Below are positions 1-7,831 of a stretch of DNA of 30,633 bases, in pieces (the stretch's first letter is position 1; each line of letters starts with the position of its first letter). The position numbers and the translations under genes are program-made. This DNA is from an uncultured Candidatus Saccharibacteria bacterium (lineage in GTDB: Bacteria; Patescibacteriota; Minisyncoccia; Phycocordibacterales; SBAW01). The notes under the pieces were generated by a model, which ran no database searches, had not been told where the DNA came from, and saw nothing but the letters and a program-made list of their open reading frames with translations. Where the stretch lies: assembly GCA_964641145.1 (NCBI GenBank), contig CAZXKI010000001.1:1-30633 (forward strand), read 5' to 3'.

Positions 1-1
1 G

Positions 2-202
2 TCACGGATTGAGTGGGCACGAGTGCCGCTTGCCATGGAAGTGAAAGGAGGCCGAGTTAACTGTTATGCATACGAGAAACTCCTTCTTTCTGAAGTGTCT
101 CCCAATCTGCCAGCCAAAGGTTCAGCAGGTATTGAAGTGTGGGATCAAGAAGCAAATAAGGGCTACCACTTAGTAAAAACCTTCTACGTCAGCCCACTCT
201 AG
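2..202 (+). CDS. 3' end of a hypothetical protein (runs off the window start)
   Basis: Frame 2 is open from position 2 to TAG at 200-202 (SRIEWARVPLAMEVKGG...KTFYVSPL*). It converges on the next gene's stop at 207. No family recognised. Confidence 0.55.
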   Translation, partial: SRIEWARVPLAMEVKGGRVNCYAYEKLLLSEVSPNLPAKGSAGIEVWDQEANKGYHLVKTFYVSPL

Positions 203-206
203 CGCT

Positions 207-1088
207 TTACGGGAGACTTTCGCACGCTTCTCCGTCTTTGTTCGAGTCGAGCTTATGAATGTCATTGGAAGATCCTCCGCACTGCTCAAACACCGCCTGA
301 GCCTCAGCGTGAGTTGCAAAGTCCGTACAGTTATATTTGTTTGTAGAGCAGATGTATGAAGAAGTGTCTACATCCTCTCTCTTCTCTTCCTCAGCTACTG
401 TCTCCTCTTTTGCTGGCTCGGGCGTTGCTTCTTTCTTAATTGGCTCTTGTACAGTCTTTTGCTGAACAGGAGCAGAAACCGGCTCTTCTTGTATAGCTTG
501 CTTGGCAGGGGCTGTATTAGTACACGCTCCAGGCGCCCATAGACCTTTTTTGGTATCTTGGGCGCTCTTCTGAGCTGCTTTATAGGCAGCTTGATACTTA
601 TACGCCTTGTTATAGGTATACTCCCGTCCAAAACCGTTTTTTATAAGATACTCTGCCACGTTTACCCCCGTGTCAGTAAAAACATACGCAAGAAGACGAT
701 TATACTTGTCACGCTCGCCTTGGGTCTGATCCTTTTCGAGCCTTACTCTAGTACCTTGAAACAGCACTTTTAGCGCAGCAGTTGCTTCAGTGGCAAAACA
801 CTCGGCGTTGGCCCCAGTCTCTGGAGTGTCGATACCGATAAGCCGCACCGTCTCCTGTTTTCCAGCTACTTTTATAGTAATTGTGTCGCCATCTATCACT
901 TTGGCAACCTCATAGAGCTCCCCTGCTGGTGATTCGGCAACTGCTGCACTTTGTGTATCTGCCTCTGCCGCTCCGAGCCCCAGAGTCTCGCCCGCAGGAG
1001 CGGGCGCCGGCTTGTCAAAATAGATGGCTGCCGCTAACACCACCGATGCGGCAAGGCCAAATGCACCATATATGACATGCTTTGTCAT
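207..1088 (-). CDS. Secreted/membrane-anchored thermonuclease (SNase-like) with C-terminal Excalibur Ca-binding domain
   Basis: N-terminal hydrophobic segment. SNase motifs VIDGDT, VRLIGIDTPE, DKYNRLLAY and KKGLW. Pro/Glu/Lys-rich linker, then C-terminal YNCTDF...EAQ...C...HKLDSNKDGEACESLP typical of Excalibur. Confidence 0.9.
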   Translation of the reverse strand: MTKHVIYGAFGLAASVVLAAAIYFDKPAPAPAGETLGLGAAEADTQSAAVAESPAGELYEVAKVIDGDTITIKVAGKQETVRLIGIDTPETGANAECFATEATAALKVLFQGTRVRLEKDQTQGERDKYNRLLAYVFTDTGVNVAEYLIKNGFGREYTYNKAYKYQAAYKAAQKSAQDTKKGLWAPGACTNTAPAKQAIQEEPVSAPVQQKTVQEPIKKEATPEPAKEETVAEEEKREDVDTSSYICSTNKYNCTDFATHAEAQAVFEQCGGSSNDIHKLDSNKDGEACESLP

Positions 1089-1136
1089 AGTTGTGAACTT
1101 GCACTACAGCTTAAGAATACGCTACTTTTTATAGAT

Positions 1137-1691
1137 ATGAATAAACTATCTGTGCTTATCGGTCTTTTTATTGTACTTCTCATAGCAAGCGCTGCGCTCG
1201 TGCTCTTGCCACCAAGCGCCAACGCTCCTACCGGCCCTAACGAAAAAGAGCCTATCAGCTTCGCTGAGTGTGTAGCGGCAGGATATCCAGTTGCAGAAAG
1301 CTACCCCCGCCAGTGCAACACCCCTAACGGCGGGCACTTTGTTGAAGATATCGGCAACGCTCTCGATAAACAGAACCTTATTGTGGCAGAGAGTCCACGC
1401 CCAGGAGCCAAAGTCTCTTCCCCTCTTACTATTTCCGGCCAAGCGCGCGGCTACTGGTTCTTTGAAGCCAGCCTCCCGTACGAACTACAAGATGCCAATG
1501 GCAACGTAATCGCCCAAGGTCCGGTACAGGCTTCCGGCGAATGGATGACTGAAGATTTCGTACCGTTTACTATCGGAATTACCTTCCCCGCTCAGCCAGC
1601 TGGCTCTACAGGCAAGCTGTTACTCAAAAAAGACAACCCTTCTGGCTTGCCAGAAAATGAGGATGCGCTCGTGATCCCGGTAGTGTTCTAA
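1137..1691 (+). CDS. Membrane-anchored Gmad2-type immunoglobulin-like domain protein
   Basis: ATG at 1137 starts a TM/signal segment (MNKLSVLIGLFIVLLIASAALVLL). It carries an SFAECVAAGYPVAESYPRQC motif and a C-terminal SPRPGAKVSSPLTISGQARGYWFFEASLP...GEWMTEDFVPF domain resembling Gmad2. Confidence 0.75.
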   Translation: MNKLSVLIGLFIVLLIASAALVLLPPSANAPTGPNEKEPISFAECVAAGYPVAESYPRQCNTPNGGHFVEDIGNALDKQNLIVAESPRPGAKVSSPLTISGQARGYWFFEASLPYELQDANGNVIAQGPVQASGEWMTEDFVPFTIGITFPAQPAGSTGKLLLKKDNPSGLPENEDALVIPVVF

Positions 1692-1723
1692 CATTCTCTG
1701 ATTAGACATATTGAAATAAGAAG

Positions 1724-1753
1724 AGGGCCTCGCGCGTACGCGAGGCCCTTTGT
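1724..1753. terminator. Intrinsic terminator, probably bidirectional
   Basis: 11-bp perfect stem AGGGCCTCGCG/CGCGAGGCCCT with a CGTA loop, A-rich on the left and T-rich on the right, between convergent genes. Confidence 0.75.
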
Positions 1754-1803
1754 CGTAAAGAACGTTCATCCTGTCGAAACAGGTATTTGACCGGAAAGAG
1801 CGG

Positions 1804-2076
1804 CTAACCCGAACCGCGGCAGTGCTTGCTCGAGGGATCCCCGAGACACGCACAGACCTCGTCGAGATTGGTCCTGAAGCCGACCGGCACCGCCGAAAGG
1901 TTCGCCTGAGTCGGAGCCCGGCAGTACTGGGCGACCGGATCGGCCACCTTCGCCTTGACGTAGTCGCCCACGAGAACGAATCCACCAGCCGCCACGAGGC
2001 AGAGAGCAGTCGCTTTCGGGAAGAGAACGCCAAGATGGCCTAGTCCCGACACTCGGCCGGGAGGTGATACTGACAT
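1804..2076 (-). CDS. Small single-TM protein with four C-terminal Cys, last gene of the polysaccharide operon
   Basis: Strong SD (GGAGGT, overlapping the previous gene's end) 9 nt before ATG 2076. Hydrophobic stretch ATALCLVAAGGFVLVG, then YCRAP...VCACLGDPSSKHC. Followed by a terminator. Confidence 0.65.
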   Translation of the reverse strand: MSVSPPGRVSGLGHLGVLFPKATALCLVAAGGFVLVGDYVKAKVADPVAQYCRAPTQANLSAVPVGFRTNLDEVCACLGDPSSKHCRGSG

Positions 2077-2079
2077 GTG

Positions 2080-2820
2080 CTAGGTACCTCCTACTATTGG
2101 TTTCTGAAGCTGCTTCAGCGTCTCGCCGACCGTGAGAGTGGTAAGGCCCCTGGCGTGGACCTCCTCGATGATATCCTCGAGGAGGGTCGTGCCGTATTCC
2201 TCGGTAACCTGACTGCCCTTAGGGAAGACGTGATGCATTTGCAGTATTACCCAACCCCCCGTCAATTGCAAGTCGTCAAGAACCTTGACAATTTCTTCCA
2301 TCGTGGTGTTCTTCACCAGATAGTAAGAGGCAAGTCTGGAGAGGTCGGGCTCGAGCGTGTTCTTGCCGATGGGCCATGCGGTCCGATGGGACTCGTAGTG
2401 GCTCATCAGTATCTTGAGAACACGGTCGTCGTAGGCGCCAAACGGCGAGGCGAAGTGCTTGGGTTCAGAAAAGCCGCACTTGGCGAACTCTTCCTTCGAG
2501 ACCTCGATCTCGCCTTCGATTTCCGCATCGGTAAGAGTGGTAAGCCGCGCATGCGTATGCGTGTGCGCTCCCAGCTCCCACCCATGGCCGTTGATCGCTT
2601 CCTTGATGGCGTCGCAGTCCATGTATCCCGGCCGCGTCATGTTTCTTGTCGAGATGTAGAGCGTGGCCGGGATGTGATATTTCTCGAGGAGGGGCAAGCC
2701 CACCTCGAGCACAGAGTCCGGAGCATCGTCGAAGGTAAAGCTGACGTATGCAGCCGGCTCAGCCCGCACCACCAAAGAGGTAAGCGCGAGTACGAAGAAC
2801 GCGAGGACAATCCGAATCAT
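2080..2820 (-). CDS. Secreted polysaccharide deacetylase (CE4/NodB homology)
   Basis: Signal peptide MIRIVLAFFVLALTSLVVRA. CE4 motifs TFDD, ELGAHTHTH, FASPFG and LQMHH are intact. AAGGGA SD. Confidence 0.9.
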   Translation of the reverse strand: MIRIVLAFFVLALTSLVVRAEPAAYVSFTFDDAPDSVLEVGLPLLEKYHIPATLYISTRNMTRPGYMDCDAIKEAINGHGWELGAHTHTHARLTTLTDAEIEGEIEVSKEEFAKCGFSEPKHFASPFGAYDDRVLKILMSHYESHRTAWPIGKNTLEPDLSRLASYYLVKNTTMEEIVKVLDDLQLTGGWVILQMHHVFPKGSQVTEEYGTTLLEDIIEEVHARGLTTLTVGETLKQLQKPIVGGT

Positions 2821-2836
2821 TGCTGTAGGTCCCTTC

Positions 2837-3988
2837 TTACTTGGCTGGTTTTTCCACGTACCGTTTAGGTGATTCCCACTTCACCGTTCCCTTCTGGATA
2901 ATCGCGCGCCAAAACCCCTTGAGGAAGTAAAGGACGTCGACATACCAGATAAATGGATAGGTTGGTGAGTAGACAATGATGTCCCAGCGTCTTTCGAGCC
3001 AGGCAAAGATAAGCATCGACGGAAGCGACATGAGGAAGCTCCCGCCGGTCAGTGCAGCGAACGCCAGCAACCCCGAATACCACGGAGTGCTGAGCGAAAT
3101 GTAGTACTGGATCGTCCTCTCGCTCATGAGACCGATATCTGAAAGCCAGGTCAGCTTATGAGCGATAAACGGCAACGAGAGCGCCATGACCGGCATGGTA
3201 AAGCGCCAAAACGCTGTTAGCACACCCTCGCTCCAGAGCAGTTTGCATTCCCAATCCACCCGGCGGTTACCCCAATAGACGCGACGCTTGGCGATCACCT
3301 GCCATGTGCCGGTGTACCAACGCAGCATCTGCTTCATGTAGTCTCGCAAGGTCCGCGGAGTTTGCGTATAGACCTTTGCTTCGGTCACATACGCAATCTT
3401 GCCGAGCCTTTCGTGGTGGATCTGGATAGTCACATCCATATCCTCCGAGACCGTGCCACCCCTCCAGTCGAGCAGTTTGAAGACGGAGGTGCGGTACATG
3501 CTTGAGCATCCAGGGGCAATGCAGACCATACCGAGCTTGCCTTGCGCCTTACGGTATATGTAGTGACCGTTGGCGTAGCATAGGGCCCGGTAGGCAGTAA
3601 GCCAGTTGTATCTGACCGAGATCGGCCGCCCGCAGGCGGCGACCACCCATGGATCATCGAAGCTCTCGAGCATCCATATGAAGTATTCGACGTCGACGAG
3701 CGTGTCGGCGTCCATGAGCGCAACGTAATCGTACTGGTGAGTCAGATTGAATACCTCGAACGCACGCTCAATGCCGAGCGCTTTGCCAAGGTTAGGATCG
3801 TTGCGCAGCACATTGACACCGAGCTCTCGCCCGATGTCGCCAGTCCTGTCCTTCGAACAGTCATCAACAAGGTAGATGTCTTCGGGTCGTGCCCCAGCGG
3901 CTATGAGCCCCTTGAGCGTGCTTTCGATCATCATTTCCTCGTTGTGGGCCGGAACGATCACGCAGAACTTCTTTCGTGGTTCCCACAT
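2837..3988 (-). CDS. Processive GT2 glycosyltransferase (PgaC/IcaA/NodC-like)
   Basis: VPAHNEE, VDDCSKD, MDADT, SEDMD and KQMLRW (D,D,D,QxxRW signature), plus C-terminal TM helices. TAGGAG SD. Confidence 0.9.
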   Translation of the reverse strand: MWEPRKKFCVIVPAHNEEMMIESTLKGLIAAGARPEDIYLVDDCSKDRTGDIGRELGVNVLRNDPNLGKALGIERAFEVFNLTHQYDYVALMDADTLVDVEYFIWMLESFDDPWVVAACGRPISVRYNWLTAYRALCYANGHYIYRKAQGKLGMVCIAPGCSSMYRTSVFKLLDWRGGTVSEDMDVTIQIHHERLGKIAYVTEAKVYTQTPRTLRDYMKQMLRWYTGTWQVIAKRRVYWGNRRVDWECKLLWSEGVLTAFWRFTMPVMALSLPFIAHKLTWLSDIGLMSERTIQYYISLSTPWYSGLLAFAALTGGSFLMSLPSMLIFAWLERRWDIIVYSPTYPFIWYVDVLYFLKGFWRAIIQKGTVKWESPKRYVEKPAK

Positions 3989-3997
3989 TCACAACTC

Positions 3998-4603
3998 CTA
4001 GGCGAGCTCTGTCACCTTCAGTTCTTGTTTGAGTGTATAGCAGGCAGCCGGAAGATTCTTTTCGATAGTTATCCGGGGGCCAAAGATGCTTCCCGGGGCA
4101 ACGATTCTTCCTGGAAGAATGATGACCTGGATGCCGAGCGACGCCTTGGCGCCGATATAGGCCCCAAGCTTGTCGAGTCCGGTACTGTGGAGCGAACCTC
4201 GATACATTGCCGAGACCGGTTTACGGTCCAGACGCTGATTGCTGGTACGCACCATAGCACCGAGATAAGCATCACTATCGACCACAGAGTCCGCAACATA
4301 GCACGAGGGTCCCATGAGGACCCGCGTGCCGATCACGGCATTCTTGAGTTCGGCCGAAAAGCCGATGCGCGACCCGGCCGCTATTCTGAGCGGGCCGCGC
4401 AGCATGGTGTTGTTGCCGATCAGACAGTTCGCTCCGATCCACACCGGCCCTTCGATATAGGCGCCGTGACAGATCTTTGTGTTCGGCCCGACCCGCACAT
4501 CGCCCACCAAGATTGCCGTTCGGGCGATCTTGGCAGAGCGACTAATATACGGTTCGAGGTGGGTGCAGAATTCTGCCATCACCCCGAGTTTCTTCCACCA
4601 CAT
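3998..4603 (-). CDS. Hexapeptide-repeat (left-handed beta-helix) acetyltransferase resembling the GlmU C-terminal domain
   Basis: Repeating I/V-G-x hexads (VRVGPNTKICHGAYIEGPVWIGANCLIG). LGAMVRTSNQRLD...KLGAYIG...ILPG resembles GlmU acetyltransferase domains. Start placed at ATG 4603 (GGAG upstream); ATG 4579 is an alternative. Confidence 0.8.
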   Translation of the reverse strand: MWWKKLGVMAEFCTHLEPYISRSAKIARTAILVGDVRVGPNTKICHGAYIEGPVWIGANCLIGNNTMLRGPLRIAAGSRIGFSAELKNAVIGTRVLMGPSCYVADSVVDSDAYLGAMVRTSNQRLDRKPVSAMYRGSLHSTGLDKLGAYIGAKASLGIQVIILPGRIVAPGSIFGPRITIEKNLPAACYTLKQELKVTELA

Positions 4604-4619
4604 ATTGTTTCTTCTCCGG

Positions 4620-5237
4620 TTAGAGGATGATCTTGTAGCCCCTAAAGGCCTCTGCTGCCGCAACGTCCACTTGCTGACCTCGGAACCTGGCATGGGTCTT
4701 CATAGCACCCGGCTGGGTGTAGGGTCGGTCACGCTGACTCGTATGGAGAGCCAGCGCAGCGATCTTGATCTCGAGCATGCCGTTGATATTTTCGAAGGCT
4801 TCTGGATCGAAGTTGGTCCAGCTCGAGGGTGTTTCGTAGCACAAGATCTGGTGTGCAGGGCGGCAGGCAACGATCGTTGCCCGATACACCGCACGATGAT
4901 CTTGATGCCGGTCATTCTCGAACATGGTGTAGACTCGGTCAGGATTGAGCTCTCGAGCGTGACACTCGATGCAGGAGATCAGATCTGATTCGTGTTTGTC
5001 GAGCTTGGTGTCAGGAAAGTCGGCAGTATGGATGTCGGTCACTCCCAAAAGCGCGAGCGCCTTGCGGGTTTCCTCGATCCGATCTGCGTCGTTCCGGTTA
5101 CCAACCTCTCCACGAGTGAGCACGAGGGCGCGAACATGTACGCCGCGCCTGGTAAATTTGGCGATACTGCCGCCACACCCTAATTCGATGTCGTCAGGGT
5201 GGGCGCCGACCGCCAGAATTCTCTGGAGTTCGATCAT
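4620..5237 (-). CDS. PIG-L/LmbE family N-acetyl sugar deacetylase
   Basis: AVGAHPDDIELG metal motif, LTRGE, RIEE and DRHQDHR, all typical of PIG-L/LmbE enzymes. Confidence 0.9.
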   Translation of the reverse strand: MIELQRILAVGAHPDDIELGCGGSIAKFTRRGVHVRALVLTRGEVGNRNDADRIEETRKALALLGVTDIHTADFPDTKLDKHESDLISCIECHARELNPDRVYTMFENDRHQDHRAVYRATIVACRPAHQILCYETPSSWTNFDPEAFENINGMLEIKIAALALHTSQRDRPYTQPGAMKTHARFRGQQVDVAAAEAFRGYKIIL

Positions 5238-5285
5238 AGTAGACCCTTTCTTTCTGTGTAAGTGTCAAAGTCCGGTCGAATGCAA

Positions 5286-5314
5286 AAATACCATATATAT
5301 AGACATGTAGCAAA
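5286..5314 (-). promoter_or_regulatory. Candidate sigma70 promoter of the polysaccharide operon
   Basis: Minus strand reads TTGCTA-17 nt-TATTTT with a TGn extension, about 50 nt upstream of ATG 5237. Confidence 0.4.
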
Positions 5315-5333
5315 CAATATGGTGAGAATGGCT

Positions 5334-5362
5334 TTGACACCTTCTACCTGCTGTGGTATTTG
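5334..5362 (+). promoter_or_regulatory. Candidate sigma70 promoter of the divergent CE4-like gene
   Basis: TTGACA (5334-5339), 17 nt, then TG-G-TATTTG. The -10 element is weak. Confidence 0.45.
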
Positions 5363-5420
5363 TATGTACGGCGTTCCTGACAGAAAGCCACCCCCTAGTT
5401 ACCTCAGACACAAGAGGCAC

Positions 5421-6296
5421 ATGATGAAAAAGTTGCTTGCCCCGCTCCTTGCGGTGGTTCTGCTCGCCCTTCCCGTTGCCGCTTCTGCGACCAACGACAC
5501 GGAGATCCGGCTCCCGAAGCTGCGCGAGGACGCGAAAAAGGTCGAGGCCATGGTCACCGTCACGTTCGACGTGTACGGCCCGGACAACGCCTTTTCCGCC
5601 GCCCTCCCTCTCCTCGAGAAGTACGATCTTCCCGCCACCCTCTTCATCACCACCGGGGCGATGGGCGGCACCAACATGCCGAGCTGGACGGAGATCAAGG
5701 GTCTCACGAACCTTCGTGCCGACCCCAAGAAGAGCGACAGCCCCTTCCTGTACGACATCGCCTCCCGGGGTGACGTCGATGACAACATGACGAAGATGGA
5801 CGACGCGGCGATCGCCGCCTCGATCGCCACATCGGCATGGAAAATCGCCTTGGAAACGGACTCACGCCCCGTCGCGTTCACCGCGCCGTGGAACCCGGGC
5901 GATCAGCGCACCGCGGCGGCAGCACGCAGACTGAAGCTCACCAACGTCTCAAGCTCCGACTATGGCTCCCTGCTCGGCGCCGGCCAGAATCATCTCGGAA
6001 GCCTGGGGCCGAGCGGCGTAAGCCGACTGGTGGTCACCAACGCGGCCAAGCCCGAAGAGATCTGTGACCAGGTCGCATGGGCTGCCAACGATCACCGGTG
6101 GCTGGTCATCGGCTTCTCGAAAGTGGTCAAGGAAGCCGTCGAGAACAGCCAGTGGTATGACGTCTCCTACGCCAACGTCGACCTGATCTTCGACTGCATC
6201 GCCACCTATGCGGCAAGCGGCGTGATCAAGCCGGTCACGCTGCGAGACGGCCTCAACGCCTTGCCGCCGCCCACCGTGGCAACGGCGACAGAATAA
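5421..6296 (+). CDS. Secreted CE4/NodB-fold protein with degenerate catalytic motifs
   Basis: AAGAGG SD, then MMKKLLAPLLAVVLLALPVAASA signal peptide. VTVTFDV, LPATLFITTG and AFTAP line up with the CE4 fold of the 2080-2820 gene, but the His motifs are missing. Confidence 0.75.
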   Translation: MMKKLLAPLLAVVLLALPVAASATNDTEIRLPKLREDAKKVEAMVTVTFDVYGPDNAFSAALPLLEKYDLPATLFITTGAMGGTNMPSWTEIKGLTNLRADPKKSDSPFLYDIASRGDVDDNMTKMDDAAIAASIATSAWKIALETDSRPVAFTAPWNPGDQRTAAAARRLKLTNVSSSDYGSLLGAGQNHLGSLGPSGVSRLVVTNAAKPEEICDQVAWAANDHRWLVIGFSKVVKEAVENSQWYDVSYANVDLIFDCIATYAASGVIKPVTLRDGLNALPPPTVATATE

Positions 6297-6322
6297 GCCA
6301 GTACCTGCAAGTTCATTCCCTG

Positions 6323-6357
6323 TGCGGGACCTCCCAAAGGTCCCGCATATTTTTTAT
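6323..6357 (+). terminator. Intrinsic terminator
   Basis: 10-bp stem TGCGGGACCT/AGGTCCCGCA with a CCCAA loop, followed by TATTTTTTT. Confidence 0.85.
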
Positions 6358-6367
6358 TAACAGATAT

Positions 6368-6396
6368 TTGACAATTTAAATTATTTAATGCATTAT
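6368..6396 (+). promoter_or_regulatory. Candidate sigma70 promoter of the 3D-domain gene
   Basis: TTGACA at 6368-6373, a 17-nt AT-rich spacer, then CATTAT. AAAGGAG SD before ATG 6435. Confidence 0.55.
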
Positions 6397-6434
6397 CTTG
6401 ACGGACATACCGAAAAGAAGAAAGGAGTGCACGT

Positions 6435-7094
6435 ATGCATTGGTCTATAAAAGCAGCTGCAAGTGGAATCGGGATTTTACTGCTTGGCGTATCGATAGGA
6501 GTGGGCGTTCCCGAATGGGTACGCTGGATGGAGGCTTCTTCGGCAGTAGTTGCGTCCCCTGGTGAAAAAGGATCGTGCCCTAAGGATTGGAGTCTGCGCG
6601 AAGGATTTCGGGTGACTGGCTACTACGTGCCCCGAGAGAGTGATTTTTCGGGCCCTACACAAGAAATTACAATCAACAGCAGGGTCCGGCAGGTTAGCCT
6701 GAATTTTCTGAAGGAGGTAGACGACCACAACACCAACACGGGCGAAGGGTGGGGACAAACACGTGAAGGCGACTTCATTGGACGCTACGGCCCTGGCGGT
6801 AGTTGGATTTCGTCTGTACATCCTCTGGACGCCATGGGACACACTCTCAAAGTGGGGACCGTTGCAGTAGACCCGGCGGTCATCCCCTTTGGCTCAAAGG
6901 TGAAGATTCTCACCCTCCCGAAAGTGGGTGAGATCGGGCCGCGGACGACCTTTAAGGCGAGCGTCGAGGGCGACTCGGTGAACGGACGCCATATCGACGT
7001 CTACACAGGGGTGGGCGCCAAAGCCCGGCAGGCAATGTTTGCACTGACCAGCCGCGGCAAAAGCGCAATGGTGTGCGTACAGTACAAGAAGTAG
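6435..7094 (+). CDS. Membrane-anchored 3D (MltA-like) domain protein
   Basis: N-terminal TM, then VTGYY, VAVDPAVIPFGSKVKI and GRHIDVYTG motifs of the 3D domain. Confidence 0.8.
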   Translation: MHWSIKAAASGIGILLLGVSIGVGVPEWVRWMEASSAVVASPGEKGSCPKDWSLREGFRVTGYYVPRESDFSGPTQEITINSRVRQVSLNFLKEVDDHNTNTGEGWGQTREGDFIGRYGPGGSWISSVHPLDAMGHTLKVGTVAVDPAVIPFGSKVKILTLPKVGEIGPRTTFKASVEGDSVNGRHIDVYTGVGAKARQAMFALTSRGKSAMVCVQYKK

Positions 7095-7105
7095 TGTGAG
7101 CGCGA

Positions 7106-7138
7106 AGCGCGGCCCCTTGGGGCCGCGCTCTTCTTTTT
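7106..7138. terminator. Bidirectional intrinsic terminator
   Basis: AGCGCGGCCCC-TT-GGGGCCGCGCT followed by CTTCTTTTT, between convergent genes. Confidence 0.8.
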
Positions 7139-7679
7139 ATATCCCCGACCGGTCTGAATGATGATCTTCTTTTTCTTTAGCTAATGCGTCTTGTTTAAGG
7201 TTTTCTGCCTGCCATCCTACGCGGTTAGCCGCTATCTGTATACATGAGCCGGCTCCTGACACTGCCAAGAACAGAATAATGAACCATGCCCACGAGAACA
7301 TAAAGTAAAAATATGAGACAACCAACCCTGCCCAGAGCCCAATACACCACGGACAGCCAAGGAGGTCGCTCATAGTGTGCCTGAAGCCTCGACCAATCGG
7401 TGTAAGCTCTATCCACGTTTTTTCTTCATGGGTAATCTCCTTTCGTACCACAAACCACTCGCGGAAAAAGCGGGTTATTTTGTCGTACACCACGAGCCGG
7501 GTAATCCGAAACGAGGCAAAAGCGAGCAAGAGCGCATCAAACGGCGGAATATGTGTAGGAAATCCACCATACACCCACCACATGCTCCACAATGCTCCCG
7601 TTAATACACAAATAAAGAAAACCGAGAACAAAATATTCCAAAAGTTTAAATCTTCTTTCGGCCGACGGGTTGTGCTCAT
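7137..7679 (-). CDS. DUF1360-family membrane protein
   Basis: LAFASFRITRLVVYDKIT and LLGCPWCIGLW motifs with several TM segments. ATG 7679 is preceded by TATACT 6 nt upstream. Confidence 0.75.
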   Translation of the reverse strand: MSTTRRPKEDLNFWNILFSVFFICVLTGALWSMWWVYGGFPTHIPPFDALLLAFASFRITRLVVYDKITRFFREWFVVRKEITHEEKTWIELTPIGRGFRHTMSDLLGCPWCIGLWAGLVVSYFYFMFSWAWFIILFLAVSGAGSCIQIAANRVGWQAENLKQDALAKEKEDHHSDRSGI

Positions 7680-7831
7680 GCAAAAAGTATATTCCAGTCT
7701 GTTATACACACGCAACTTCCGTCAACACACATACAACCATCAGACAGACCTCGGTATACTTGATAGTCCAAGTGTTCGGTGCGCCAAAAGGTCATCTCGA
7801 AGATTATTAACCATCAATAAGAAAAAGCGGC

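Noticed and set aside
989-1006. Hairpin CGCCCGC-AGGA-GCGGGCG inside the nuclease gene (encodes APAPAG) as a second coding-region palindrome insertion
   Set aside because: Only a 7-bp stem in a Pro/Ala-rich linker, unlike the dnaG palindrome in sequence. It cannot be told apart from chance without homologues.
2077-2868. 263-aa + strand ORF
   Set aside because: Antisense shadow of the CE4 deacetylase. No motifs and no SD.
3737-4630. 297-aa + strand ORF
   Set aside because: Antisense to the GT2 and acetyltransferase genes, which have clear family motifs. Long shadow ORFs are expected in GC-rich DNA.
5262-5420. Upstream extension of the CE4-like ORF given in the ORF track
   Set aside because: It spans the divergent promoters. 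The SD and signal peptide place the start at 5421. Similar reasoning moved the starts to 1137, 4603, 7679, 16708, 18933 and 24091.
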